64,000 bases of DNA. Origin: Candidatus Pacearchaeota archaeon (GTDB taxonomy: Archaea > Nanobdellota > Nanobdellia > Pacearchaeales > GW2011-AR1). The stretch's first letter is position 1. Each line of letters opens with the position of its first letter. Location of the stretch: assembly GCA_017609405.1 (NCBI GenBank), contig JAFCDZ010000001.1:24880-88879 (forward strand), in the 5' to 3' direction. Shown in pieces: positions 10,540 to 19,927 of the stretch. Both the position numbers and the translations under genes were made by a program. The notes beneath the pieces were generated by a model, which was not told the origin of the DNA, did no database searches, and was given only the letters and a program-made list of their open reading frames with translations.

Positions 10540-11637
10540 ATTAATTATTTCTAAAAATTTTTTCTTAAAAAAATTTAATTCAAAAAATTTCATAAATCGC
10601 TTTCTTCCATTTAATCCCATTTTCTTCCTTTTATTAAAATCCATCAATAATTCTATTTTAGAAACAATTTCCTCAGGAGTATTCTCCTTTAGCAAATATC
10701 CTGTTTTACTTTCATCAATAATTTCTGGAATAGAAGCGACACTATTAGCAATAACAGGCAAAGCATACATCATTCCTTCAATGATTACTCTTCCAAAAGT
10801 TTCAAGAGGATATTCTGTTGGAAAAATAAGAATATCTGCATTTTCAAGAAACTTGTTCTTTTTCTTTCCAATAACTTTTCCATGGGAAAAAACTTTCCCC
10901 TTGAGATTATTTTCACACACAAAACTATCAAAAAAGTCTTTATATTTTTGTGATGGCCATCCTCCAATAAAATCGCACTTAAAAGAAATATTTTTCTTAT
11001 CTAGGATTCTACAAGATTCAAGAAGTTTTATCCACCCTTTTGAAGGGTCCATATTCGATAGGAATAATAAATTCAATTGTTTATGCTTCTTTCTCTTTTC
11101 CAATATCCCCTTAACCCTTGAATCTGTTACTTCATTCTTAATAGCATTATGCAAAACAAAGATTTTTCGAATATTTAACCCAACAAGATCTTTTTTTAAA
11201 GCCTTGCCGACAACAATCACACTACTTCCATTGAATAAACCTCTCAGCAAAAACCCATAAAAAGGATTTTTTTTGTCTCTCTCTAAAATTCTACTCCTAA
11301 CATGAAATAAAATTTCTTTCTTCCAATATTTTCTTATCTCTCGCACAATTAAATAATCTCTAATTAATCCAAGACCATGTGTGGCAGGTACCATATAAAC
11401 TAAGTCGAGAAAAGAATCTGAAAAAAATTCCTTTATCTTCTTTTTAGTTGTGAAAAAACCCTTTATTTTCGAAAAATTTATTCTTCCAATATCTTGAATC
11501 TCTTTAGAATAATTTAATTTTATATTAAAAACATCCATACTTCTTATATTTTTCAGAATATCTAAACACATCTTACTAGAAAGCGCACTTCCATAATAAG
11601 GGGGTGGGAGAGGACTTAAAAATAAAATTTTCTTCAT
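10531..11637 (-). CDS. GT4 family glycosyltransferase
   Basis: ETFGRVIIEGMMYALPVI, TGYLL. Confidence 0.9.
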   Translation of the reverse strand: MKKILFLSPLPPPYYGSALSSKMCLDILKNIRSMDVFNIKLNYSKEIQDIGRINFSKIKGFFTTKKKIKEFFSDSFLDLVYMVPATHGLGLIRDYLIVREIRKYWKKEILFHVRSRILERDKKNPFYGFLLRGLFNGSSVIVVGKALKKDLVGLNIRKIFVLHNAIKNEVTDSRVKGILEKRKKHKQLNLLFLSNMDPSKGWIKLLESCRILDKKNISFKCDFIGGWPSQKYKDFFDSFVCENNLKGKVFSHGKVIGKKKNKFLENADILIFPTEYPLETFGRVIIEGMMYALPVIANSVASIPEIIDESKTGYLLKENTPEEIVSKIELLMDFNKRKKMGLNGRKRFMKFFELNFFKKKFLEIINLF

Positions 11638-12326
11638 TTTTCTACCTCTAATTTAACTTTACCAATTAAAATATAAATAAGCCCCATAAAACTTCTAAGA
11701 ACTTTCTTCTTAGAATGATTAAAATCAGTAATTAATCTATAAAACCATTCTAGACCCATAAAAGACCATATTTTTGGAGCTTCTTTTTTATTTCCTAATA
11801 AAAAATCAAAAGCAGCTCCGACAACAAACATTGTCTTTCTCACAAAAGGATAAATCATATTTGCAAGGATTTCTTGTTTAGGACTTCCAATAGCAAACCA
11901 AATAAAATCTGGATTGAATGTTTTAACTTTCCTAATAACCCCTCTGATAGTCCTATTATCAAATTCTATACCCCCTATAAAAGGCAAATCAAAAAAAGAC
12001 ATCTTCATAATAGGAATTCCTGTAAGCTTACTTAATTTATGAATATCCTTTTTTGAAAGACCCAAAAAAAGATGTTTCTTATTCTTAGCATAGGAAGAAA
12101 GAAGAAATTTCTTAGTAAAAGAAGGTCCTCTTCTTTGAGAAATCCCAAGAAAAAGAGATAAGATTCTCCCATCTGGAAAATTTAGATTATAATTTTTAGA
12201 GATTAAAGCCCTATATTTTGAATTATTAAAATACCACCATACATTATAAAAATTAAAAAAATTGAAAATTTTTTTTTGATGTACAAGCTCCTCTGGATTA
12301 TTTGGCAAAAAATAAAGTTTTTCCAT
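11634..12326 (-). CDS. WecB/TagA/CpsF (GT26) glycosyltransferase
   Basis: PDG, GSPKQE, VGAAFDF, GLEWFYRL. Confidence 0.88.
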   Translation of the reverse strand: MEKLYFLPNNPEELVHQKKIFNFFNFYNVWWYFNNSKYRALISKNYNLNFPDGRILSLFLGISQRRGPSFTKKFLLSSYAKNKKHLFLGLSKKDIHKLSKLTGIPIMKMSFFDLPFIGGIEFDNRTIRGVIRKVKTFNPDFIWFAIGSPKQEILANMIYPFVRKTMFVVGAAFDFLLGNKKEAPKIWSFMGLEWFYRLITDFNHSKKKVLRSFMGLIYILIGKVKLEVEK

Positions 12327-12379
12327 AAAAAAATAATAAAAGGAATCTTTATAAATTTAACAGAAACAATTCTAAAATA

Positions 12380-14101
12380 TTATTTAGATTTACTTATCAG
12401 AACACCAACAAACAATAGAACCATAGAAAAGATTCTACTAAGAATACTTGCAACTGCTGCACCTGCTGCTGCTAATAATTGAGAATATTGAAGAAAATAC
12501 ATAATCAAAAAGTAATTCAAGAGGATATTCAAAATTGTCGCACCGATATTTGCTGACGCAACAAATCTTGTTCTACCTCTTGAAATAAGATAAGATTGAT
12601 AAAGCCCTGAAATTGGCAAAAGCAGAAGCATTGATGAAAGAAGTTTCAGTAATGGTTGAGCCGGGAGATATGCTTTTCCATAGATAAGAAAAATAATCCA
12701 ATCAGAAAAAATAAAGATAAACAAAAATAAAAACATAGATGAAGCAAGAACAAGAAGTATTGCTTTAATAAATTCCCTCTCACTCTCTCTCTTGTTTAGT
12801 CTACTGAATATAGGAAAAAAAGCTGCTGAGAAAGGAATTACAGAAGCTGCAGTTCCAACCAATGAGAGAGCAATATTATAAAACCCAATAATACTCGCAC
12901 CAACAAGAGGACCTAAAAATACTTTATCAATATTCCCAAAAAAGATTCCTGAAAGAGTTAGTGCAGAAAGGGGGAGAGTAAACTTCAAGATTTCTTTTCT
13001 AATTTTCTTATTAGGTTCATTTGAACTAAAGTCTAAAAAAGAATATCCTTCTTTTTTTGAAGCATAATAAAGAACAAAAATTATTGAAAAAAATGCTGAA
13101 AAAGAAATCAACGAAAAAATGGCAAATAAAAGAGGTTCTTCAGAAAGTTTATTGACAAATAAATAAACAAAAACAAGAACAAAGGAGACCCTAAAAAATT
13201 GAAAAAGAATAGACCTAATAAAGGGGTATCTAAAATTATTTCTTGATTTAAAAATAGCATCAAAAAATCCTCCAAAGGACATGAATATCAAAAAAAGCAC
13301 TCCTGACAAAAGAGCCAAGAAAATAGGCTTGTGATAATAATCAGCAATAATCTTTGAGGACAATAATAAAACTAATGAAACAAAACCAACAAGAATAAAT
13401 TTCAGCTTAAAAAAATATTTAACATACCCTTTATATCGTTCCTCATCCCTTATTCTTGAAAGATATTTAATTAATGTACTCCCAAGACCCATATCTGTTA
13501 AAGAAGAAAAAATAAGAATTGTAGAAAGAGCAAGCCCATATAATCCAAATAAATCAGGCATAAGAAGTCGCGCCAAAAAAATTGATAAAATCAAGCCACC
13601 AAATTTCTCTGAAAGAGTTGTTAAAACTACCCAAAAAGAATTTTTAATTGCTCTTATAGTCCACTTATTTTGTTTTTTGGCCCTAGCCCTCAAATAGGAG
13701 ATAAAAGAATATGCTCTTGATTTAAATTCTTTATGAGCAATAAAACCATAAAAATCAAGGAAGGAATGAAAAAGAACCCCTATAAGAATATAAAAAAACC
13801 ATCTTGAAAAAAAAGACAATATCCCTAATAAAATAATAAACTCAACACTATGAAAAACATGATAAAAAGGAATTTGTTTTAGTTTTTCTTTTAAGTTCCT
13901 CCCTAGAAGAATATGCCATTTATAAGCCCTAAAAAGATTAACATCTTTTTTTCTTAGAATATAAACAAAGTAATGGTCAACATCAATTAAAAAAGAAGAT
14001 AAAAATATAACCAATGCACCTAATAAAGTTATTTCCGGAAATAAAAAAAAGAGTATGCAAGAGAATAAAAAACCTGTTATAATATGTGTTTTTGGCAACA
14101 T
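12380..14101 (-). CDS. Wzx/MOP-type flippase with N-terminal membrane metal-dependent hydrolase-like domain
   Basis: First ~135 aa have H...DVDH...FHS...HSFLD; the remainder is a 12-14 TM polysaccharide flippase (ARLL.PD.FGLY, DMGL, IDKVFLG). Confidence 0.8.
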   Translation of the reverse strand: MLPKTHIITGFLFSCILFFLFPEITLLGALVIFLSSFLIDVDHYFVYILRKKDVNLFRAYKWHILLGRNLKEKLKQIPFYHVFHSVEFIILLGILSFFSRWFFYILIGVLFHSFLDFYGFIAHKEFKSRAYSFISYLRARAKKQNKWTIRAIKNSFWVVLTTLSEKFGGLILSIFLARLLMPDLFGLYGLALSTILIFSSLTDMGLGSTLIKYLSRIRDEERYKGYVKYFFKLKFILVGFVSLVLLLSSKIIADYYHKPIFLALLSGVLFLIFMSFGGFFDAIFKSRNNFRYPFIRSILFQFFRVSFVLVFVYLFVNKLSEEPLLFAIFSLISFSAFFSIIFVLYYASKKEGYSFLDFSSNEPNKKIRKEILKFTLPLSALTLSGIFFGNIDKVFLGPLVGASIIGFYNIALSLVGTAASVIPFSAAFFPIFSRLNKRESEREFIKAILLVLASSMFLFLFIFIFSDWIIFLIYGKAYLPAQPLLKLLSSMLLLLPISGLYQSYLISRGRTRFVASANIGATILNILLNYFLIMYFLQYSQLLAAAGAAVASILSRIFSMVLLFVGVLISKSK

Positions 14102-14119
14102 TTTTTTATAAAAACAGGT

Positions 14120-14857
14120 CTATTTAAAAATCCTTTTATAATTTTCTTCAACCTGTTTTTCAATCTCTTTTAAAGAAATTTTTTTAATTTCTGCAATTTT
14201 TTTGTAGCTTTCAATTACATTCGCAGGCTCATTATTTCTTTTTTTAAATGGATGAAGAAAAGGTGAATCTGTCTCGCAAAATAATTGCTCTAATGGAACA
14301 ATTTCTACAACTTTTTGAAAATGTTGGCTATAAGTTATATTTGTAGGTATGCTAAAAAACCATCCATTATCAATAATTCTCCTTACTAATTTTAATTTGC
14401 CTGAAAAACAATGCATAATTATTTTTTTATAATTAAATTTTTCAAGAAGCTCTATTGCAATTTCCTCTGCTTTTCTTGAATGGATTATGATTGGTTTATC
14501 TAATTCTATTGCAAGTTTTATGAATTTTTCTAAATTCTTTTTTTGTTTTTCAATTAAAGAACACTCTTTTAAATCTAATCCAACCTCACCAATTCCAACA
14601 ATTAAAGTTTTATTTTTTCTTATAAATTCAATCTCTTGCTCCAGTTCTTTTTCAGAAAGCTTAAGAGCATCACAAGGATAAATCCCAAGACAAGCTTTTA
14701 TTTCATTAAACTTCTTTGCTAAATCAAGTGCGAATCGGTTTGTTTTTTTGTCTGTCCCGCAAGTTAGAATTATTTTTACATTGTTCTTTCTTGCATTTTC
14801 TATTTTTTCATTAACTGGTTTACAAATCTCGAGGTGTGAATGAATATCAATAAACAT
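14120..14857 (-). CDS. tatD: TatD family DNase
   Basis: DIHSH, GIGEVGLD, IIHSR, MHCFSG, ETDSPF. Confidence 0.93.
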   Translation of the reverse strand: MFIDIHSHLEICKPVNEKIENARKNNVKIILTCGTDKKTNRFALDLAKKFNEIKACLGIYPCDALKLSEKELEQEIEFIRKNKTLIVGIGEVGLDLKECSLIEKQKKNLEKFIKLAIELDKPIIIHSRKAEEIAIELLEKFNYKKIIMHCFSGKLKLVRRIIDNGWFFSIPTNITYSQHFQKVVEIVPLEQLFCETDSPFLHPFKKRNNEPANVIESYKKIAEIKKISLKEIEKQVEENYKRIFK

Positions 14858-14879
14858 TTCAATATGGGCTCATTTACAA

Positions 14880-14966
14880 TGGGCGCTGAGGGAATCGGGC
14901 CTCACAAAGTTCGACCTAGTTCGTCTATCGCTACACTCATAGCCAAACTAAACCCAAAGGGTTCGA
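14880..14966 (-). repeat. tRNA-linked hairpin cassette (69 nt) plus 18-nt duplicate of tRNA-Trp 3' end
   Basis: 14880-14897 copies tRNA nt 56-73 with 1 mismatch; cassette 14898-14966 shares its ends with the cassettes at 33214 and 60244. Confidence 0.9.
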
Positions 14967-15037
14967 TGGGCGCGGAGGGAATCGAACCCCCGTCTGGCGG
15001 TCTGGAGCCGCCTGTTTTACCATTAAACTACGCACCC
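14967..15037 (-). tRNA. tRNA-Trp(CCA), intronless, CCA tail not encoded
   Basis: GGGTGCG acceptor, D-arm GTTTAATGGTAAAAC, anticodon arm GGCGG-CTCCAGA-CCGCC, T-loop TTCGATT. Confidence 0.95.
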
Positions 15038-15125
15038 TCAAAAAAAGAGAGTGTTTTTTATTTTTAAGGTTTTGGAATTCAAAAAAACCTCAAAAAACCA
15101 ATAAAGTCTGCTAAAATAAAGATGA

Positions 15126-15598
15126 TTAATTATAAATTTTTATTTTTTCTCTTAGTTTTTTAACTGTTTCTTCATTCATATGATTCAAAATATTTTTGCA
15201 TTTTACTAAAAACAATGCTCTTTGTTTTTTAATCTTTTGATATAATTCTTTTGAAATATTCTTATCTGAATAATACTGAACATCTATCCTTGCTTTTTGT
15301 GATTTTTCTAAAAGTTCTATATCCTCCTCTGAAAAATAATCCCTTAAAAATTCTTTCATAAAAAGAATTGTGCAAAAGTGTATTTCTGATTTCACTCCAA
15401 TTTTCATAAGTATCGCATACAAAGAAAAGTACATTGAATAATATGAAGAAGATATCTCCCAATCAAAATTATCACTTAACTCATTAGCAGCTCTTAATGC
15501 GTTTTCCGCCTTTTTTATATATGCTATAGCTAGGAATTATTTGGCTCTATTAACCTAATCCCCTTCTTTTGCTTCAAACACCAAATAATCTTATTCAT
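15126..15598 (-). pseudogene. HEPN-domain toxin with 1-nt deletion near 15533
   Basis: ATG at 15598 overlaps the MNT stop (ATGA). MNKIIWC...EPNNS* continues in another frame as LAIAYIKKAE...YYSMY...RIDVQY; span 473 nt = 3n-1. Confidence 0.8.
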
Positions 15599-16152
15599 TT
15601 TATTAATTCTTCAACCAATTGTTCAACATTCTTTATTATTATATGGTTTTTTAATGCTTCAATTGTAAGAACATCTTTTTTCAATCTTGGATAAATCTTT
15701 AAGTTCAGTTCCTTATTATAAATATCTGCAATTTTGCTTATCTCTCTTTCATTTGCTTTTCCAATCACTAAAATGTCCAAATCAGAATCATCTTCTTGAA
15801 GATTTTTAGCATAACTACCGAAGATTATTGCTATTCCTTTAATATAAGGAAGAATTTTTTCTGATATCTCTTTTATTAAAAGGTTCTTTTTGTAAAATTT
15901 TATTGTTCTTAAATGTTCTGCAGCTATGATAAAATGTCTTATTATTTCTTTATTACCAAGGTTCAAAAAATATAACTTATTTTTACCCTCTATCTTGCTT
16001 TTTAAAATTCCTTCCTTTTCTAATTTACCCAGATAATTTGATACAGTTTTTTGATTTAGGTTCTTTTTTTTAGCAATAAAACTACCTGTTAACCTCATAG
16101 AATAATCTCCAAGAAATTCTTCAAATATCTCAAGATGGTATTTAAGTAACAT
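15595..16152 (-). CDS. HTH-fused minimal nucleotidyltransferase (MNT antitoxin)
   Basis: N-terminal wHTH; FGSYAK...DSDLDIL. Confidence 0.88.
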   Translation of the reverse strand: MLLKYHLEIFEEFLGDYSMRLTGSFIAKKKNLNQKTVSNYLGKLEKEGILKSKIEGKNKLYFLNLGNKEIIRHFIIAAEHLRTIKFYKKNLLIKEISEKILPYIKGIAIIFGSYAKNLQEDDSDLDILVIGKANEREISKIADIYNKELNLKIYPRLKKDVLTIEALKNHIIIKNVEQLVEELIK

Positions 16153-16211
16153 TTTACTTATATTAGTAAATTTTTATTTATAAATATTTCTATTAAAAAA
16201 TTCTAAGAGTT

Positions 16212-17996
16212 TTATTTCAGATAACCTCCTCTCTGAAGATTCCATAGCTTTCTATATTCTCCAGGCTCTTTGATTAATTTATTGTGTGTTCCTTGCTGAA
16301 CAATATTCCCATCTTTCATAACAACAATTTTATCTGCATTCATAATAGTCGATAATCTATGAGCAATAATAATTGCAGTCCTTCCCTGCAAAAGGGTTTT
16401 CAAACTTTCTTGAATCTCATGCTCTGTTTCAGAATCCAAAGCAGAGGTTGCTTCATCAAGAACAATTATTTTCTTATTTGCCAATAAAGCTCTTGCAATA
16501 GAAACTCTTTGCTTTTCTCCTCCAGAAAGCTTAACCCCCCTTTCTCCTACAATAGTTCTCTCTTTTCGAGGCAACCTTTCAACAATCTTATCCAACTGTG
16601 CCATGCGTATTGCCTCCATAACTTCTTCCCGTGTTGCTTTAGGATTAGCAAATTTAACATTATTATAAATTGTGTCATCAAATAAAATACATTCCTGCGG
16701 AACAATAGCCATCTCACTCCTAAGAGATTCTTGCTTGAAATCACGAATATCTTTACCATCAATTAATATCTGCCCATTCTCAACATCATATAATCTATAA
16801 AGAAGTTTAATTAATGTAGTTTTCCCACAACCAGAATGTCCTACAAGTGCAACTTTCTGTCCGGATTTTATCTTGAGATTAAAATTCTCAAAAATCTTCT
16901 TTTTTTTAGTATAACCAAAAGTAATATTCTTAAATTCAATTTCTCCTTTTCTTATTTTTAATTCTCTAGCGTTAGGTTTATCCTTAATTTCATTTTTTAC
17001 TTTGCTATATTCAAAAAGCCCCTGAAAATCAGCCATTGACCTATAAAAGCCCCTAATACCCCAAACAAACCCAAAAAGAGGGCCTGCAACATTTTCATAA
17101 ATAGAATAAATAAATACAAGGGTTCCAATTGAAAGGGAGCCATCTAAAAAACTTTTCATAGGAAAATAAATCAAGAAAAATAAGCCAAAAGACAGAATTA
17201 ATATCTGTCCAGAATCAAACCACCTAAAATAACCCCAATACCTTAAAGAAGCTTTTTTAGTTTTTTCTGCAGCTTTAAGATAAATTCTCTTAATTGTAGA
17301 TTCTTTTCCAAAATACTTTATAGAATCAATATTAGTAAAAACATCACTAATAAGACCTTTTTCAGAATCCTCTATTCTATTAAACCTAATTCTATGGGAT
17401 TGTTGTTTGGTTTGAATAAACAAACTGTACCCAATAAATAAAACAGAGGTTATAATTAAAATAAGAGAAGATTGCCAATTAAAATAAGCTATTGAACCTC
17501 CCACTAAAACTAACTGAAACAATAGGGGAACAAAATTAAATATAAGATTATCATTAAAACCTTCAACAGCCCCAGAACCGCGAATAATCCGAGAGATAAG
17601 CTTTCCAGTTTTATGAGTAGTATGAAATTTATATGAAAGTCCTAAAAGATGGTTAAAGTATTTTCTTTTTAAGTCAAAAACAAGTGTAGAATCTAATAAA
17701 GAGAGAAAATGAATGCTCAACCACTTAAAAGAAGCTTTCAATATTGAAACAACAATAAACACTAATGCAATAAATACCAAGGTCAAAATAAAAGTCTCTT
17801 GAGAAAGGTTTCCTGAAATAAACCTAGATCCATCATCTATAATTCTCTTGAATAAGAATTTATCAACTGTATAGAGTGCCTCTAGTAAAAGAACAATGAC
17901 CAAAAGCGAGAAAAAAATCTTTTTATGTTTTTTTAAAAGATTCCAATATTCCCTTAAATTATATTTAAAATCAATTTTTTGTTTTTTTCTAATCAT
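16212..17996 (-). CDS. ABC exporter, fused permease and ATPase (ABCB type)
   Basis: TM domain plus GHSGCGKT, LSGGEKQR, LDEATSALD, IAHRL. Confidence 0.95.
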   Translation of the reverse strand: MIRKKQKIDFKYNLREYWNLLKKHKKIFFSLLVIVLLLEALYTVDKFLFKRIIDDGSRFISGNLSQETFILTLVFIALVFIVVSILKASFKWLSIHFLSLLDSTLVFDLKRKYFNHLLGLSYKFHTTHKTGKLISRIIRGSGAVEGFNDNLIFNFVPLLFQLVLVGGSIAYFNWQSSLILIITSVLFIGYSLFIQTKQQSHRIRFNRIEDSEKGLISDVFTNIDSIKYFGKESTIKRIYLKAAEKTKKASLRYWGYFRWFDSGQILILSFGLFFLIYFPMKSFLDGSLSIGTLVFIYSIYENVAGPLFGFVWGIRGFYRSMADFQGLFEYSKVKNEIKDKPNARELKIRKGEIEFKNITFGYTKKKKIFENFNLKIKSGQKVALVGHSGCGKTTLIKLLYRLYDVENGQILIDGKDIRDFKQESLRSEMAIVPQECILFDDTIYNNVKFANPKATREEVMEAIRMAQLDKIVERLPRKERTIVGERGVKLSGGEKQRVSIARALLANKKIIVLDEATSALDSETEHEIQESLKTLLQGRTAIIIAHRLSTIMNADKIVVMKDGNIVQQGTHNKLIKEPGEYRKLWNLQRGGYLK

Positions 17997-18040
17997 AATA
18001 AAAGTTAAGTTTAAATATTAATAAATCTTTAGTAAGAAAG

Positions 18041-18145
18041 ATGAAAGAAGAAGCAATTTATACACCTTATGAGCAACCAAGCTCAAAATTGTTTGAAAAA
18101 AAGATTGAAGAGAACTTTGAAGAAAATAAAGATATTGAAGAATAA
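18041..18145 (+). CDS. Possible 34-aa acidic small protein
   Basis: MKEEAIYTPYEQPSSKLFEKKIEENFEENKDIEE*, with TTTAAATA upstream; below ORF-track cutoff. Confidence 0.3.
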   Translation: MKEEAIYTPYEQPSSKLFEKKIEENFEENKDIEE

Positions 18146-18157
18146 TTAAGAAAAAAA

Positions 18158-18829
18158 TCAACTAATCCTCTCAATTTCTCTAATTTCATCACTGCTTATT
18201 GCGCACCCTCTAAATTTAACAGCCCAAAGAAGAGCATCAAGAGTTCTAGAATCTTTTATATTTAAGAGATTCTTTTTCCATAAAATATATACTAATTCAG
18301 CTGAACGAATAACCTTACATTTTATTGGTTCTTCATCAACCATCCTAACATTAGAATGAAGTTTTTTCTCCAAAATTTTAACAAGATTTCTTGGTTTTTC
18401 GCATAGAACCCTCGTCGTCCTCTCATCAATTGCGAGAACAACATCAAAACCCTTCTTTTCAAGAGCACTATATAAAACAAGCGACGCAACCTCCCCACTA
18501 TCAACAATATGCACAGGCCTATCCCCTGCAATAAAAGAAGAATTAAGTTTTTTTAATAAAGAATTTGTCTCAGAAGAAATTTTTTTACTATCAATTCCAA
18601 CAACCTCTGGAAATTCTAAGATTCTTTCATCTATAAGCTTTTTCAATCTCAAAGCCTCCAACTCAAACCTCTTAACTTTTATAGGTCTTTGAACAATTTC
18701 ATAGTAAACTTCTTGTGTAATCAAAAAATACCCGTTAAAGAACTTTTTTAAAAGTTTTATTTCCTCAAAAAGACCATTCATAGCTAAAGAAATCAAAGTG
18801 CTTGAGTCAAAGACAATGGCTTTCTTCAT
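18158..18829 (-). CDS. PIN-domain protein (DUF3368/COG2405-like)
   Basis: VFDSSTLI, EV..E, DSGE..S, AIDE acidic PIN pattern. Confidence 0.65.
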   Translation of the reverse strand: MKKAIVFDSSTLISLAMNGLFEEIKLLKKFFNGYFLITQEVYYEIVQRPIKVKRFELEALRLKKLIDERILEFPEVVGIDSKKISSETNSLLKKLNSSFIAGDRPVHIVDSGEVASLVLYSALEKKGFDVVLAIDERTTRVLCEKPRNLVKILEKKLHSNVRMVDEEPIKCKVIRSAELVYILWKKNLLNIKDSRTLDALLWAVKFRGCAISSDEIREIERIS

Positions 18830-18830
18830 C

Positions 18831-19391
18831 TTAACTAAAGATATCTAATGCGAGTTTAATTCTTTCTTTTTCTGAAATTGTCTTTGATTCTTTTGTTTCA
18901 GAGATTCTAGTCCCTCCAGAATATTCTGCTAATTCAAACATTGTTATTCCAAGTAATTTTGCAGTTCTTTCCATAGAAATACCATGCTCATAAATTCTTG
19001 AAGCTTTATTTACTTGGGCTCTACGAAAAACTTCCTTAATATATTCCCTTAACTTCCCTGATAAATTAGTAATTTCCTTCCTTATTAATTCAAGATTATT
19101 CCTAACTTCTTCGAAATTCTTTTCTTTAAGAGCTTTAATTGATTTTTCCAAAAAGAGTTCAACATTATCTAAAAAAGATATAAATTTTTCATCATCCCTA
19201 TTTTTCTCTCTTTCAAGAATTTTTCCAAGAGAATAAACAATTACAGCAACTGAAATATTATCAGCATCCTGAGTTCGTGAAGCAGTATTAATTGTCTGAT
19301 TACTCAAGTGCTTTATCTTAGAAGCATCTCGTCTTCTTAAAGCAGATAAAGTTCTCTTAAGAATCTTTAAGATATTTCTCACCTCTTCCAT
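18831..19391 (-). CDS. Helical protein with C-terminal UPF0175-like HTH
   Basis: YEHGISMERTAKLLGITMFEL resembles UPF0175; adjacent to the PIN gene. Confidence 0.55.
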   Translation of the reverse strand: MEEVRNILKILKRTLSALRRRDASKIKHLSNQTINTASRTQDADNISVAVIVYSLGKILEREKNRDDEKFISFLDNVELFLEKSIKALKEKNFEEVRNNLELIRKEITNLSGKLREYIKEVFRRAQVNKASRIYEHGISMERTAKLLGITMFELAEYSGGTRISETKESKTISEKERIKLALDIFS

Positions 19392-19429
19392 AAAGTAAAA
19401 AATAATTACAGCTTTTTATAGGTTTCTCC

Positions 19430-19840
19430 TTAAGCAAGATTAAATCTTCTATTAAGAATCCTTTCTTTTATTAGGGGGATATAAAACTCTGCTTCTAGAA
19501 AAAAGCCTTTTTGTGCTGCTTCAATCAAATCTGGAAGAGTATATCCTCTAACACCATCTTTATCTCTCCAATCTTCAGGATAAGAATAACCAAAAAATAC
19601 TGCTGTTCCAGTTCTAATTATATATTCTTCAAAATCAATCCCTCTAATTTTAAAAGGGATAATAAGCCGGATTATCCGCGAAAGATTCCCAGGATTAAAC
19701 TCAGAGCAAAAATAAGTTTTAGGAGGAAAAATTCTTCTACTATCATCTTCATGAAAAAAATACATTTGCACAAGAGGGTCTAATTGAATTAGAGGAGAAA
19801 CAAAAAGCTTGAATTTATCAAGAGTTACTAATTCCCTCAT
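19430..19840 (-). CDS. Hypothetical protein
   Basis: 136-aa ORF, ATG start, TATA upstream. Confidence 0.6.
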   Translation of the reverse strand: MRELVTLDKFKLFVSPLIQLDPLVQMYFFHEDDSRRIFPPKTYFCSEFNPGNLSRIIRLIIPFKIRGIDFEEYIIRTGTAVFFGYSYPEDWRDKDGVRGYTLPDLIEAAQKGFFLEAEFYIPLIKERILNRRFNLA

Positions 19841-19927
19841 GGAAAATTAAAAAAATAAATCTCTTAAAAAAATTGTTGTTCTAAAATAGATGAAAAATAT
19901 TATATACATTAAAAATATTATAAGAAA

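Noticed and set aside
14898-14966. tRNA cassettes as HDV-like theta or hammerhead ribozymes
   Set aside because: The fold is a nested multi-hairpin junction. I saw no HDV double pseudoknot or CUGANGA/GAAA core by eye; a covariance-model search is still advisable.
14840-15067. 75-aa + strand ORF with internal repeat MGAEGI
   Set aside because: It is the antisense reading of tRNA-Trp and its duplicated 3' end.
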